Shown here in pieces: positions 28,819-37,257 of a stretch of DNA of 64,000 bases. This DNA is from Minisyncoccota bacterium (GTDB lineage Bacteria > Patescibacteriota > Minisyncoccia > Phycocordibacterales > DATDWN01): the NCBI GenBank assembly GCA_041658985.1, contig JBAZZC010000002.1:17120-81119 (forward strand), written 5' to 3'. The translations under genes and the position numbers were made by a program. Within the stretch, counting starts at the first letter, position 1. Each line of letters starts with the position of its first letter. The notes beneath the pieces are model-generated. The model was not told where the DNA came from and ran no database searches. It worked only from the letters and a program-made list of their open reading frames with translations.

Positions 28819-30197
28819 TGAAAAAAAAGATTGTTCAAGATGTTATTCCTCCTAAAAAAACTATTCGCAATGTAGAATTGTTGTATAGAGCAAAACGTTC
28901 CGAGAAAATACCCAAAGAGGTAGTAAAACAAAATATTCCAGTTATACCAGAAGTTTCCGAATCAAATTCAACATCAAACACCGAAACCTTTTCCGAAACT
29001 GAAAATTTTTCTTATAAATATGAGTACGATGAACCGGTAAGACATTCAAAAAAAATCTTGTATGTTTCTGTTGTCTTGTTTGTCCTGGCCTTATCTTTTG
29101 GTATATCAGCATTATTTAAAAGTGCAGAAATACGCATTATACCCAGGAGTGAGATTAGCTCTATAGATGAGAATTTTAAAGCCCTAAAAAATCTTTCGAC
29201 AAACGGCTTAGGTTTTCAGACCGTGACAACCACAAAAGATATTGAAAAGACAGTATCGGCAACAGACGAAGAACAAGTTGAAAAGAAGGCCATTGGCAAA
29301 ATTGTTGTTTATAATAATTATAGTGTTCAACCACAGGCACTAGTAAAGACAACAAGATTTGAAACCCCAGATGGGCTTGTCTTTCGGACAGTAGAGGACA
29401 TAACTGTCCCGGGGATACAAATCAAGAGTGATAAGGCTGTTGCTGGAAGCATAGAGGTTGGAGTAGAAGCAGATAAGCCCGGACCAAAATATAATATTGG
29501 GTTGAAAGATTTTTCTATTGCCGGTTTCAAGGGTACTCCAAAATATACAAAGATTTATGGTAGGTCAAGAACAGAAATGTCTGGCGGTTTTGTGGGAACA
29601 CAAAAGACCGTAAGTAAGGAAACTATAAATAAAATTGATGAAGAAATAAAGGAACTTCTAAAAACTTCTCTTTCAAAAGATATTATTTCGCAGATACCAG
29701 AAAATTTTGTGTTATACCAAAACAGTACTTCCTTTAAATTTGAACCAATTACTCAAATCAATGTCACCACAGAGGAGAGTGGTACTACAAACACAATAAT
29801 TTTAAAGAAAAAAGGTTCTATAAGTGCCATTATCTTTGATAAAGGTTCTCTTTCTAGGGCAATAGTTAGTAAGATTTTACCTGATGTGGCAAGTGATATA
29901 ATTAAAATAACCAATCTTGAGAGTTTAAATTTTACTTTTCAATCAGAAACTCAATTTAATCCAAATACTGATACTTTTCTTAATTTTAACCTAAAAGGAG
30001 AAGCTAATTTCCAATGGGTTTTTGACGAAAATAAACTCAAATTTGAGCTCTTAGGAATGTCAAAAAATAATGCAATAACTATAATCAGTAAATACGACAC
30101 AATAAAAGAAGCAAAAATTGAAACCCATCCTTTCTGGAATAAGACCATTCCAAAAGATTCTAATAAAGTTACACTTATAAACACTCTGGCAAAATAA
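28818..30197 (+). CDS. Membrane-anchored protein with a baseplate-J-like domain (CPR-type)
   Basis: QDV.PP N-terminus, TM, KA.G.I.VYN, TRF...G..F, V.AD.PG..YNI, GGF.G, PFW...P. Confidence 0.65.
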   Translation: MKKKIVQDVIPPKKTIRNVELLYRAKRSEKIPKEVVKQNIPVIPEVSESNSTSNTETFSETENFSYKYEYDEPVRHSKKILYVSVVLFVLALSFGISALFKSAEIRIIPRSEISSIDENFKALKNLSTNGLGFQTVTTTKDIEKTVSATDEEQVEKKAIGKIVVYNNYSVQPQALVKTTRFETPDGLVFRTVEDITVPGIQIKSDKAVAGSIEVGVEADKPGPKYNIGLKDFSIAGFKGTPKYTKIYGRSRTEMSGGFVGTQKTVSKETINKIDEEIKELLKTSLSKDIISQIPENFVLYQNSTSFKFEPITQINVTTEESGTTNTIILKKKGSISAIIFDKGSLSRAIVSKILPDVASDIIKITNLESLNFTFQSETQFNPNTDTFLNFNLKGEANFQWVFDENKLKFELLGMSKNNAITIISKYDTIKEAKIETHPFWNKTIPKDSNKVTLINTLAK

Positions 30198-30209
30198 ATT
30201 AAAAATTTT

Positions 30210-30758
30210 ATGGCATATGTCTCCAGGGCGGGTGATAAGCTAGAACACATTCTAGTTTTGACTGGTTTTAATTTGGCGGTCTGTGCTGACTTTGGTTCAA
30301 GCACTGGCGGGTTTGTTGATTGTTTGCTGGAACATGGAGCCAAAAAAGTTTATGCGGTGGAAACCGGTTATGGTCTTTTGGACTGGAAATTGCGTACAAA
30401 TAAAAATGTAGTGGTTATGGAAAAAAAGAATGCTATGCACATTGTTCTTCCCGAAAAAGTGGACCTTATCACTATTGATACAAGTTGGACGAAATTGGCT
30501 AAAATTATCCCGAACGCCTTAGCTAACCTAGGAGAGAGTGGTCATATAATTGCTTTGATTAAACCACATTATGAGGCTGAAAAATATATGTTGTACCACG
30601 GAAAACTCAAGGAAGAATTTGTTTCAAACATCTTGGGTGATGTAATGGAGAAATTAAAGCAGTTTCAGTTAGAGGTCCTTTTTGAGACGGAATCGCCTAT
30701 TTTGGGAGAAAAGGGAAAAAATAGAGAATTCTTGGTTCTTATGAGAAGGCGGGGTTGA
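30210..30758 (+). CDS. TlyA/FtsJ-like rRNA methyltransferase lacking the S4 domain
   Basis: YVSRAG.KL, D.GSSTGGF.DCLL.HGA, LIKP.YE, SPI.G.KG.N.EFL. Confidence 0.85.
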   Translation: MAYVSRAGDKLEHILVLTGFNLAVCADFGSSTGGFVDCLLEHGAKKVYAVETGYGLLDWKLRTNKNVVVMEKKNAMHIVLPEKVDLITIDTSWTKLAKIIPNALANLGESGHIIALIKPHYEAEKYMLYHGKLKEEFVSNILGDVMEKLKQFQLEVLFETESPILGEKGKNREFLVLMRRRG

Positions 30759-30799
30759 CGAAATAGCCAATGTTCTGCTACTATGTAGCTCGTTGATTA

Positions 30800-30937
30800 A
30801 TCCGAACACCAACTTTAGTATTGTGTCTTCCGTTGCTTCTTTTTATAAGTAATTAGCGGATTCAGTCAAGGTATAGATTTGGTTAGTAAATCTATATTTT
30901 GGACACAGTGCAACGATACTAAAGTTGGTGTTCGGAT
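30800..30937 (+). repeat. CCGCACAC-family fold-back element, copy 4 (infA 5' UTR)
   Basis: atccgaacaccaactttagtat/atactaaagttggtgttcggat, with compensatory changes relative to copy 1. Confidence 0.88.
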
Positions 30938-30946
30938 AAAATTGTA

Positions 30947-31168
30947 ATGCAAGACAAAAATAAAAAAGATACTAGTACATCTGGGGTGGTTGTTGAATCC
31001 TTACCTAACGCTTTTTTTAAGGTAAGGAGGGATGATACTGGAGAAGAGTTATTGACCTATCTTTCCGGTAAAATGAGGCTTCACAGGATTAGGGTCTTGA
31101 TAGGAGACAAGGTAATAGTTGAGATAGATCCTTATGGAGGTAAGGGGAGGATAGTCAAAAGAGTTTAA
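30947..31168 (+). CDS. infA: Translation initiation factor IF-1
   Basis: G.VVESLPNA.F.V, YLSGKMRLHRIR.L.GD.V. Confidence 0.96.
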   Translation: MQDKNKKDTSTSGVVVESLPNAFFKVRRDDTGEELLTYLSGKMRLHRIRVLIGDKVIVEIDPYGGKGRIVKRV

Positions 31169-31177
31169 CAAAATGAA

Positions 31178-31277
31178 TCCCGTACGAAGTTTATGTATAT
31201 AGTCGTAAAGGGATAGGGGTTTAATTATTAGTTAATTCAAGTATAGAGTGTAGAAACACATTTACTTCGTAACGGGA
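31178..31277 (+). mobile_element. 100-bp MITE-like element inserted in the rpmJ start codon (TGAA duplicated)
   Basis: A-TGAA-[tcccgtacgaagt...acttcgtaacggga]-TGAA-agta; homologous to 28718-28818. Confidence 0.75.
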
Positions 31278-31393
31278 TGAAAGTAAAATCATCAGTAAAA
31301 AAGATTTGTTCCCAGTGTAAAGTAGTCCGCAGAAAGGGCTATGTGTATGTAATATGTAAGGCTAACGCTCGACACAAACAGCGTCAAGGATAG
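31277..31393 (+). CDS. rpmJ: 50S ribosomal protein L36
   Basis: [38 protein letters not shown] (below the ORF-track cutoff). Confidence 0.97.
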   Translation: MKVKSSVKKICSQCKVVRRKGYVYVICKANARHKQRQG

Positions 31394-31467
31394 ACAAACT
31401 AGGGACTAGTTTCTAGGTTTTAGAAAAAACCTAAAGACTAGAACCTAACAACTAATCACTAATTTAT

Positions 31468-31845
31468 ATGAGAATATTAGGAATAACATTACCAGAAGAA
31501 AAACGTATAGAGATTGGTTTGACTGTTCTTTTTGGCGTTGGTCGTTCTCGGGCACACACCATACTTGATTTAGCCAAAGTAAATTATGGTTTAAAACCAA
31601 AAGAAATTACTGTTGAGCAAGAAAATGCTATTAGAAAAATTGTTGAAAGCTTAAAAATAGAGGGTGATTTAAGACGAGAAGTTGCGGGTAATATTAAAAG
31701 ATTAAAGGATATTAAATCCTATAGAGGTAGTCGTCATTCAAAAAATTTACCAACCAGAGGCCAGCGTACCAAAACAAACGCTCGAACAAAAAGAGGAGCA
31801 AAGAAGACTATGGGTACTGGAAGAAAAATAGCTGAGAAAAAATAA
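31468..31845 (+). CDS. rpsM: 30S ribosomal protein S13
   Basis: EGDLRR, YRG.RH..LP.RGQRTKTNART. Confidence 0.97.
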   Translation: MRILGITLPEEKRIEIGLTVLFGVGRSRAHTILDLAKVNYGLKPKEITVEQENAIRKIVESLKIEGDLRREVAGNIKRLKDIKSYRGSRHSKNLPTRGQRTKTNARTKRGAKKTMGTGRKIAEKK

Positions 31846-31846
31846 C

Positions 31847-32278
31847 ATGGGTAAAAAACGCATAGTAAAAACAGAGGAAAGCAGTGAATCCGAGAAAAAA
31901 ACAGGGGTTGTTTCTACTGTTTCTAAAAGAAAGGTAGAATTAGGTTCTTTATATGTAGAATCAACCTACAATAATACAAAATTAGTTTTAACTGATGCCA
32001 AGGGAAATGTTCTAGGTACTTCTTCAAGTGGTTCAATTGGATTTAAAGGGGCTAAAAAAGGAACCCCTTTTGCCGCAGCGAAAGTAGGGGAGATTGTAGG
32101 AAGTAAGGCTTCTGCTATGGGAATGAAGGAGGTTAATGTTATTGTTAAGGGTGTAGGGTCTGGTCGCGAATCTGGTATAAGAGGTTTTATTTCAAAAGGT
32201 ATAAATATTTTATCAATCAAAGATGTGACCCCAGTACCACATAACGGGCCAAAACCAAAAAAACCACGCAGGGTATAG
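31847..32278 (+). CDS. rpsK: 30S ribosomal protein S11
   Basis: STYNNT, GFKGAKKGTPFAA, G.GSGRES, DVTPVPHNG. Confidence 0.97.
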   Translation: MGKKRIVKTEESSESEKKTGVVSTVSKRKVELGSLYVESTYNNTKLVLTDAKGNVLGTSSSGSIGFKGAKKGTPFAAAKVGEIVGSKASAMGMKEVNVIVKGVGSGRESGIRGFISKGINILSIKDVTPVPHNGPKPKKPRRV

Positions 32279-32393
32279 GTGTTAGGTGCTAGTTGCTAGG
32301 TTATAGCTTCTAGGATAATACGAAAAATCAAAAAACATAAAAAATTAATAAAAATACTAATTACTAAAACCTAAAAACTAGTCACTAATTCAT

Positions 32394-33002
32394 ATGATAA
32401 TCGGACCAAAATATAAAATAGCAAGACGTTTAGGCGCACCAATTTTTGAGAAAACTCAAACTCAAAAATATACACTTCGCTTGGAACGTAAAGCTAAGAA
32501 ACGAGGATTTTCTAAAGCAAAATCGGAATATGGTTTTCAGATGAACGAAAAACAAAAAGCAAGGTTCACTTATGGTCTTTCAGAAAGACAATTTTCAAAC
32601 TATGTTAAAGAGGCTCTTCTAAAAAAGACTAGTAATGTTTCGCAAACAATTTTTGAATTTCTTGAGTTGAGATTGGATAATGTTCTTTATCGATTAGGTT
32701 TTTCTCCCACTCGTTCTGGTAGTCGCCAAATGGCTTCTCATGGTCACATTTTAGTTAATGGTAGAAGGGTTAATACACCTTCCAAACGTTTGATTATGGG
32801 AGATAAAATAGAAATAGCCAACCGGTCTCTTAATAAAAATATATTTGAGAATTTAGACCAAAAGACCAAAGAAACTGCGATTCCATCGTGGATAAAATTT
32901 GACCCAATAAAGAAAATAGCCGAAATTCAAGGAAAACCCTTAATGCTGAAAACCGAAAGTATGTTTGATTTAAATGCCGTAATAGAGTTTTATAGTCGTT
33001 AG
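32394..33002 (+). CDS. rpsD: 30S ribosomal protein S4
   Basis: GPKYK..RRLG, SEYG..EKQK, LE.RLDNV.YRLG, IEFYSR. Confidence 0.97.
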   Translation: MIIGPKYKIARRLGAPIFEKTQTQKYTLRLERKAKKRGFSKAKSEYGFQMNEKQKARFTYGLSERQFSNYVKEALLKKTSNVSQTIFEFLELRLDNVLYRLGFSPTRSGSRQMASHGHILVNGRRVNTPSKRLIMGDKIEIANRSLNKNIFENLDQKTKETAIPSWIKFDPIKKIAEIQGKPLMLKTESMFDLNAVIEFYSR

Positions 33003-33089
33003 CAAATTTGATTTTTTTGAGAATATAGTGTATATTATTGTTCACATTTATTTCAATTTTATAAATTTTTAATTTTAAAACTTATTTTT

Positions 33090-34046
33090 ATGTCTGATTA
33101 TACAATCATATTACCTTCAAAACCTAGAATTATATCGGAAGTTAGGTTCGTCGGCTCATATGAAATTGATGGATTATATCCAGGCTATGGCCATACCCTA
33201 GGAAATTCTTTGAGACGCATAATTTTATCGTCTTTACCTGGTTTTGCTATAACGGCAGTTAAAATTGCCGGAGTCTCACATGAATTTTCAGTTGTTCCAA
33301 ACATGAAAGAAGATGTTATAACCATGCTTTTAAACTTGAAAATGATTCGTTTTTCTGCTTCTACCGATGAATCACAAACACTGATATTGAAAGTTAAAGG
33401 GACAAAGGTTGTAACTGCCGGTGATATTAAATTGCCTGGTGGAGTGGAGATTTCAAATCCAGAACAAATTATTGCCACACTGACAAATAAAAATGCCGAA
33501 CTTGATGTTGAGATTCTGATTGAAAAAGGATTGGGTTTTGTGTCCAAGGAAGTATTACAAAAAAATAGAGTAGATATTGGTCAGATAACCTTGGATGCTA
33601 TTTTTACACCAATAAAACGGGTAAGTTATGAGGTTGAGAATATGCGCATTGGAGACAGAACTGATTTTAATCGTCTGAAAATTTATATTGAAACGGATGG
33701 CACCCTAACACCAAAAGAGGCTCTTGAAAAATCAATTGAGACAATGATAAATCAATTAAAGGCCATAATTGGTTTTAAAGAAGAAGAGATAATAATTCCA
33801 ACGAGTCCACAGAAAACCAACAATAACGAAAAAACAGATGTTGATGATGATGTTTTAAAGACAAGAATTGAGACACTTAATCTTTCAGCAAGAACATTAA
33901 ATGCACTTTCAAACGCAAATATTAGAACGGTTGGTGGTCTTGCTCGAAAGAAAGAAAAAGATATTCTAGAGATTGAGGGGTTGGGGCAAAAAGCATTAAC
34001 AGAAATAAAAGAAGTTTTAGAGACGTTTGGTATTACGTTAAAGTAG
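33090..34046 (+). CDS. rpoA: RNA polymerase alpha subunit
   Basis: GYGHTLGNSLRRI.LSSLPG, HEFS, DA.F.P...V.Y.VE, alpha-CTD LSART.N.L. Confidence 0.97.
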   Translation: MSDYTIILPSKPRIISEVRFVGSYEIDGLYPGYGHTLGNSLRRIILSSLPGFAITAVKIAGVSHEFSVVPNMKEDVITMLLNLKMIRFSASTDESQTLILKVKGTKVVTAGDIKLPGGVEISNPEQIIATLTNKNAELDVEILIEKGLGFVSKEVLQKNRVDIGQITLDAIFTPIKRVSYEVENMRIGDRTDFNRLKIYIETDGTLTPKEALEKSIETMINQLKAIIGFKEEEIIIPTSPQKTNNNEKTDVDDDVLKTRIETLNLSARTLNALSNANIRTVGGLARKKEKDILEIEGLGQKALTEIKEVLETFGITLK

Positions 34047-34064
34047 ATAATCAGAGTTACTGTC

Positions 34065-34412
34065 ATGAATCATCATAAAAAAGCCAGAAAATTTGGACGA
34101 GTAAAAAAAGTAAGAGATGCCCTACTCAAATCTCTAGCTCTTTCCCTTGTTCTGAAGGGTAAAATCAAAACAACAGATGCAAAAGCCAGAGAACTTCGTC
34201 CGTTTGTGGAGAAGTTGGTGACATCAGGCAGGTCTAACAATGTGGCAACACGCAGGTCTCTAGTTGCAAAAATTGGCAGTATTGGGGCAAAGAAAATAAT
34301 TAGTGAATTGTCTCCAAAATATGCAAAAGTATCTGGAGGATACACAAGAATAACAAAGTTACCAGCAAGAGTAAGCGATGGTAGTCTAATGGCTGTAATC
34401 GAATTCGTATAA
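34065..34412 (+). CDS. rplQ: 50S ribosomal protein L17
   Basis: IKTT.AKA.ELR...EKLVT, GGYTRI.K...R..DG. Confidence 0.96.
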   Translation: MNHHKKARKFGRVKKVRDALLKSLALSLVLKGKIKTTDAKARELRPFVEKLVTSGRSNNVATRRSLVAKIGSIGAKKIISELSPKYAKVSGGYTRITKLPARVSDGSLMAVIEFV

Positions 34413-34448
34413 CTTTATGGACTTTACAGACTTTTAACTTTAAGACTT

Positions 34449-34796
34449 ATGACAAAATACACACTAGATGCAGAAAACAAAAAAGTAGGAAGAATCGCCA
34501 CAAAAGCGGCAGAATATTTGATGGGTAAAAATTTACCTGATTTCAAACGCAACACAATTCCTTCTGTTCAGGTTGAAATAGTTAATACTTCAAAGGCTAT
34601 TATTGGCGAGAAAAAAATGAGTCAAAAAACGTATAGTAAATATTCGGGATATCCAGGAGGATTAAAACAACCAAACATGAAAGAAGTTATCTCAAAAAAA
34701 GGATATAGTGAAGTGTTTATAGAAGCGATATCAGGAATGCTTCCTAAAAATAAGTTGAGAGCACCGATGCTTAAAAATTTGATAGTAAAAGAATAA
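34449..34796 (+). CDS. rplM: 50S ribosomal protein L13 (short form)
   Basis: LDA...GR+AT..A..L.GK, YSGYPGGLK, GMLPKNKL. Confidence 0.94.
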   Translation: MTKYTLDAENKKVGRIATKAAEYLMGKNLPDFKRNTIPSVQVEIVNTSKAIIGEKKMSQKTYSKYSGYPGGLKQPNMKEVISKKGYSEVFIEAISGMLPKNKLRAPMLKNLIVKE

Positions 34797-34801
34797 ATAA
34801 A

Positions 34802-35200
34802 ATGGAAAAAAATTTAGAAAAATATATAGAGGCAGTAGGAAGGAGAAAAACTTCTGTTTCTCGTGTTCGTATTACACCAGCTTCCAAAATAACATTTTTA
34901 GTTAATGATAAAGAATTAGAAAAATATTTTTCAACAAAAGAGATGCAGGCTATTGTTAAACAGCCACTTGTAGATGTAAAGGAAAAATTTAAAATTACTG
35001 CAAAAATAAAGGGTGGGGGAATACATTCACAAGCGGAAAGTTTGAGACATGGAATTGCTCGGGCTCTTGTAAAAAATGACTTAGAACTTAGAAAAGGACT
35101 AAAAAAAGCTGGATTTTTAAAGCGAGACCCTCGTTCAAAAGAAAGACGAAAATTCGGATTGAAGAAAGCAAGAAAAGCCCCTCAATGGTCTAAGCGTTAA
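34802..35200 (+). CDS. rpsI: 30S ribosomal protein S9
   Basis: GRRKTS.SRV, GGG..SQA..RHGIARAL, RD.R.KER.K.GL.KARKAPQWSKR. Confidence 0.97.
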   Translation: MEKNLEKYIEAVGRRKTSVSRVRITPASKITFLVNDKELEKYFSTKEMQAIVKQPLVDVKEKFKITAKIKGGGIHSQAESLRHGIARALVKNDLELRKGLKKAGFLKRDPRSKERRKFGLKKARKAPQWSKR

Positions 35201-35291
35201 TATTAGATATACTCAATATATTGAACTTTTGTGTATACGCGTTAGCTTTTCGCAGTCCCGTACTGAGCTTTGCTCTAGTACTGGGACAAGC

Positions 35292-35318
35292 AAGGCTCCT
35301 CAGTGGTCAAAACGTTAG
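35292..35318 (+). other. Recoded second copy of the last 8 codons and stop of rpsI (KAPQWSKR*)
   Basis: aag gct cct cag tgg tca aaa cgt tag versus aaa gcc cct caa tgg tct aag cgt taa at 35174-35200. Confidence 0.8.
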
Positions 35319-35330
35319 TTTTCTTTTTCA

Positions 35331-35504
35331 CAAAATCTCTTTCTCGTCATATCTTTTGAGAGACCGCTCATCCGCCCCTGCCGGCGGATTTGCTTAATCC
35401 TCGGCCATGACTTGTCAAGAGCCTTCGCTTCACTCAGGTCTATGACAAGACCATGCTCATGGCCTGCGGAGTCTCCCAAAAGATACGACTTCGACGAGAT
35501 TTTG
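35331..35504. repeat. Branched fold-back element with the 33-bp core (copy 2)
   Basis: caaaatctc...gagattttg outer IR; core at 35414-35446. Confidence 0.85.
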
Positions 35505-35587
35505 TTTTGCTACGATATATCGTAGCAAATTAAGAAGTCTGTAGTTAAGCATGTAATTACTTATATCATATGTCATAACCGATATAT

Positions 35588-35615
35588 AATTTGGTACAAT
35601 ATATTGTACCAAATT
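35588..35615. promoter_or_regulatory. 28-bp perfect palindrome (11-6-11), repeated at 36116-36143
   Basis: AATTTGGTACA-ATATAT-TGTACCAAATT and AATTTGGTACA-GTATAT-TGTACCAAATT; function unknown. Confidence 0.6.
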
Positions 35616-35645
35616 AACAATAAGGTTAAGATAATTTAGAATAGG

Positions 35646-35700
35646 AAAACCGCCAGTCGTGCTGGGCTGGCGGAATTCCGCACAGCGCCACGATGGCGGT
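35646..35700 (-). repeat. 55-bp GC-rich hairpin with U-tract, identical copy at 36175-36229
   Basis: aaaaccgccagtcgtgctgggctggcggaattccgcacagcgccacgatggcggt occurs twice, each 3' of a minus-strand ORF. Confidence 0.92.
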
Positions 35701-35703
35701 GTG

Positions 35704-35955
35704 TTACTGTTCAAAAACAATTGAACCGTTGCCCCATTCCATTCTTGACCAGCCTGCGGCCAAGTAACGAGAGGTTAGCTTACGCTCCATCTCTGCACCT
35801 GGCCTCTTACGCTGGAATGTTAGGGCGATTGTTCTGTCGTGAGCGAAATCATTTCGGGCTACCCTAAGAGCCTCGTCAATGATACGTTCCCAACCCAGCT
35901 CCTCTAAGAGTTGGCTTGGTAGAGTGGAAAATAGTCGACTTGGGCCTACTGCCAT
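35704..35955 (-). CDS. Orphan small protein, cassette B1
   Basis: TTGACA promoter (36000-36005), AGAAGGTG SD; paralogue of 36235-36474. Confidence 0.75.
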   Translation of the reverse strand: MAVGPSRLFSTLPSQLLEELGWERIIDEALRVARNDFAHDRTIALTFQRKRPGAEMERKLTSRYLAAGWSRMEWGNGSIVFEQ

Positions 35956-36234
35956 TACACACCTTCTTTCCTCATATAAAATATCATTTTCAAATCCATT
36001 GTCAACTAATTTTGAGTATTTAAAATTTCATATTAAACCATATTTCAATCTATGTTATAGCATAGATTATACAATCTACCACATTATAAGTAGTGAATTT
36101 AATTTAGTTGGATATAATTTGGTACAGTATATTGTACCAAATTGAAATCATATATAAATAATTTTGGCATAGGAAAAACCGCCAGTCGTGCTGGGCTGGC
36201 GGAATTCCGCACAGCGCCACGATGGCGGTTGTTG

Positions 36235-36474
36235 TCACTTGCTGAAGATGAGAGTTCCGTGATGACGGGTGACATTTGACCAACCCGTCGCTCTGTAACG
36301 GCGAATCAGTTCAGTGGTCACTCTTTGAGACGTGATCTGTCCCACGTGAACCTCGTACTGCTTGTTGTTCAAACCAAAACTGAGCATAAGTGCCCTGTCG
36401 ATCTCAGCCTCGATTTGATTGACTTCGAGCGTTTCCTCGGACGTCAATTCAAGATCCTTCGGTCCCAGTGCCAT
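36235..36474 (-). CDS. Orphan small protein, cassette B2
   Basis: TTGACG-17-TATAAT promoter, AAGGAGGT SD; shares MA.GP..L, ID.AL and L..RY.A.GWS with B1. Confidence 0.8.
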   Translation of the reverse strand: MALGPKDLELTSEETLEVNQIEAEIDRALMLSFGLNNKQYEVHVGQITSQRVTTELIRRYRATGWSNVTRHHGTLIFSK

Positions 36475-36660
36475 GTGGCACCTCCTTCTTGTTGAATTAT
36501 AACATAGTTAGATTGTCTCGTCAAATAGTTTTGAAACTTCAAAAATTTATGTTAAAATAGCGTTATTATTTGAGTTTTGTTTGAAAATTTAGTAATTGGT
36601 TATTGTTTAGAAATTAGGTCAATTAGAAATTAGAAATTTGACTCTAAAATAAAGTAAAAC

Positions 36661-37257
36661 ATGGATACTAATGATGATAATGACAAAAAAATAGACCCCG
36701 AAGTAGAAATAGATACCGACCCTGGGGATGATGTGGTGTTTGAGGATAACACAGAAGTCACAGGGGCAGATTACAAGGCCAAAACAGACAAACTTCGTGC
36801 AAAAATAAAGGAATTAGAGAAGAAGAACGCAGAACTTTTGGATGGTTGGCAGAGAGATAAGGCAGATTTCATTAACGCCAGAAAAAGAGATGAGGAGCAG
36901 AAAATGGAGTTTTTGAAGTTCTCAAAAGCAGATATTATTGCTGAACTTCTTGCAGTTTTGGATTCATTTGAATCAGCTTTCAAAAATAAAGAGGCCTGGG
37001 AAAAAGCAGATAAAAACTGGAGAATGGGGGTTGAATACATTCACACACAGCTTATGAATATAATGACCCAAAACGGTTTAGCTGTTATAAATCCGATTGG
37101 AGAAAGGTACGACCACAACAGAGATGAGGCAGTAGAAACGGTAAAAGTTGACGACGAAAAAGATAATGATAAAATATTGGATGTGGTGCGAGTCGGATAT
37201 GAATTACACGGGAAAGAAATACGTGCACCAAAAGTTCGTGTTGGGCATTATTCGTAG
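36661..37257 (+). CDS. grpE: Nucleotide exchange factor GrpE
   Basis: QR..ADF.N.RKR, LL.VLDSF, G..YD....EAV, GY.L.GK.IR..KV.V. Confidence 0.94.
   Translation: MDTNDDNDKKIDPEVEIDTDPGDDVVFEDNTEVTGADYKAKTDKLRAKIKELEKKNAELLDGWQRDKADFINARKRDEEQKMEFLKFSKADIIAELLAVLDSFESAFKNKEAWEKADKNWRMGVEYIHTQLMNIMTQNGLAVINPIGERYDHNRDEAVETVKVDDEKDNDKILDVVRVGYELHGKEIRAPKVRVGHYS

Noticed and set aside
28818-30197. Baseplate-J-like and fibre-like genes as a prophage
   Set aside because: No terminase, capsid or tail genes; the proteins have TM or signal peptides and sit among housekeeping genes.
25328-34796. Short AlaRS, short L13 and S4-less TlyA as pseudogenes
   Set aside because: Frames are intact with core motifs and normal stops; reduced forms are plausible in streamlined genomes.
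35457-36145. ORFs 35457-35720 and 35879-36145 sharing NLVQYIVPN
   Set aside because: The shared peptide is just the 28-bp palindrome read on either strand.
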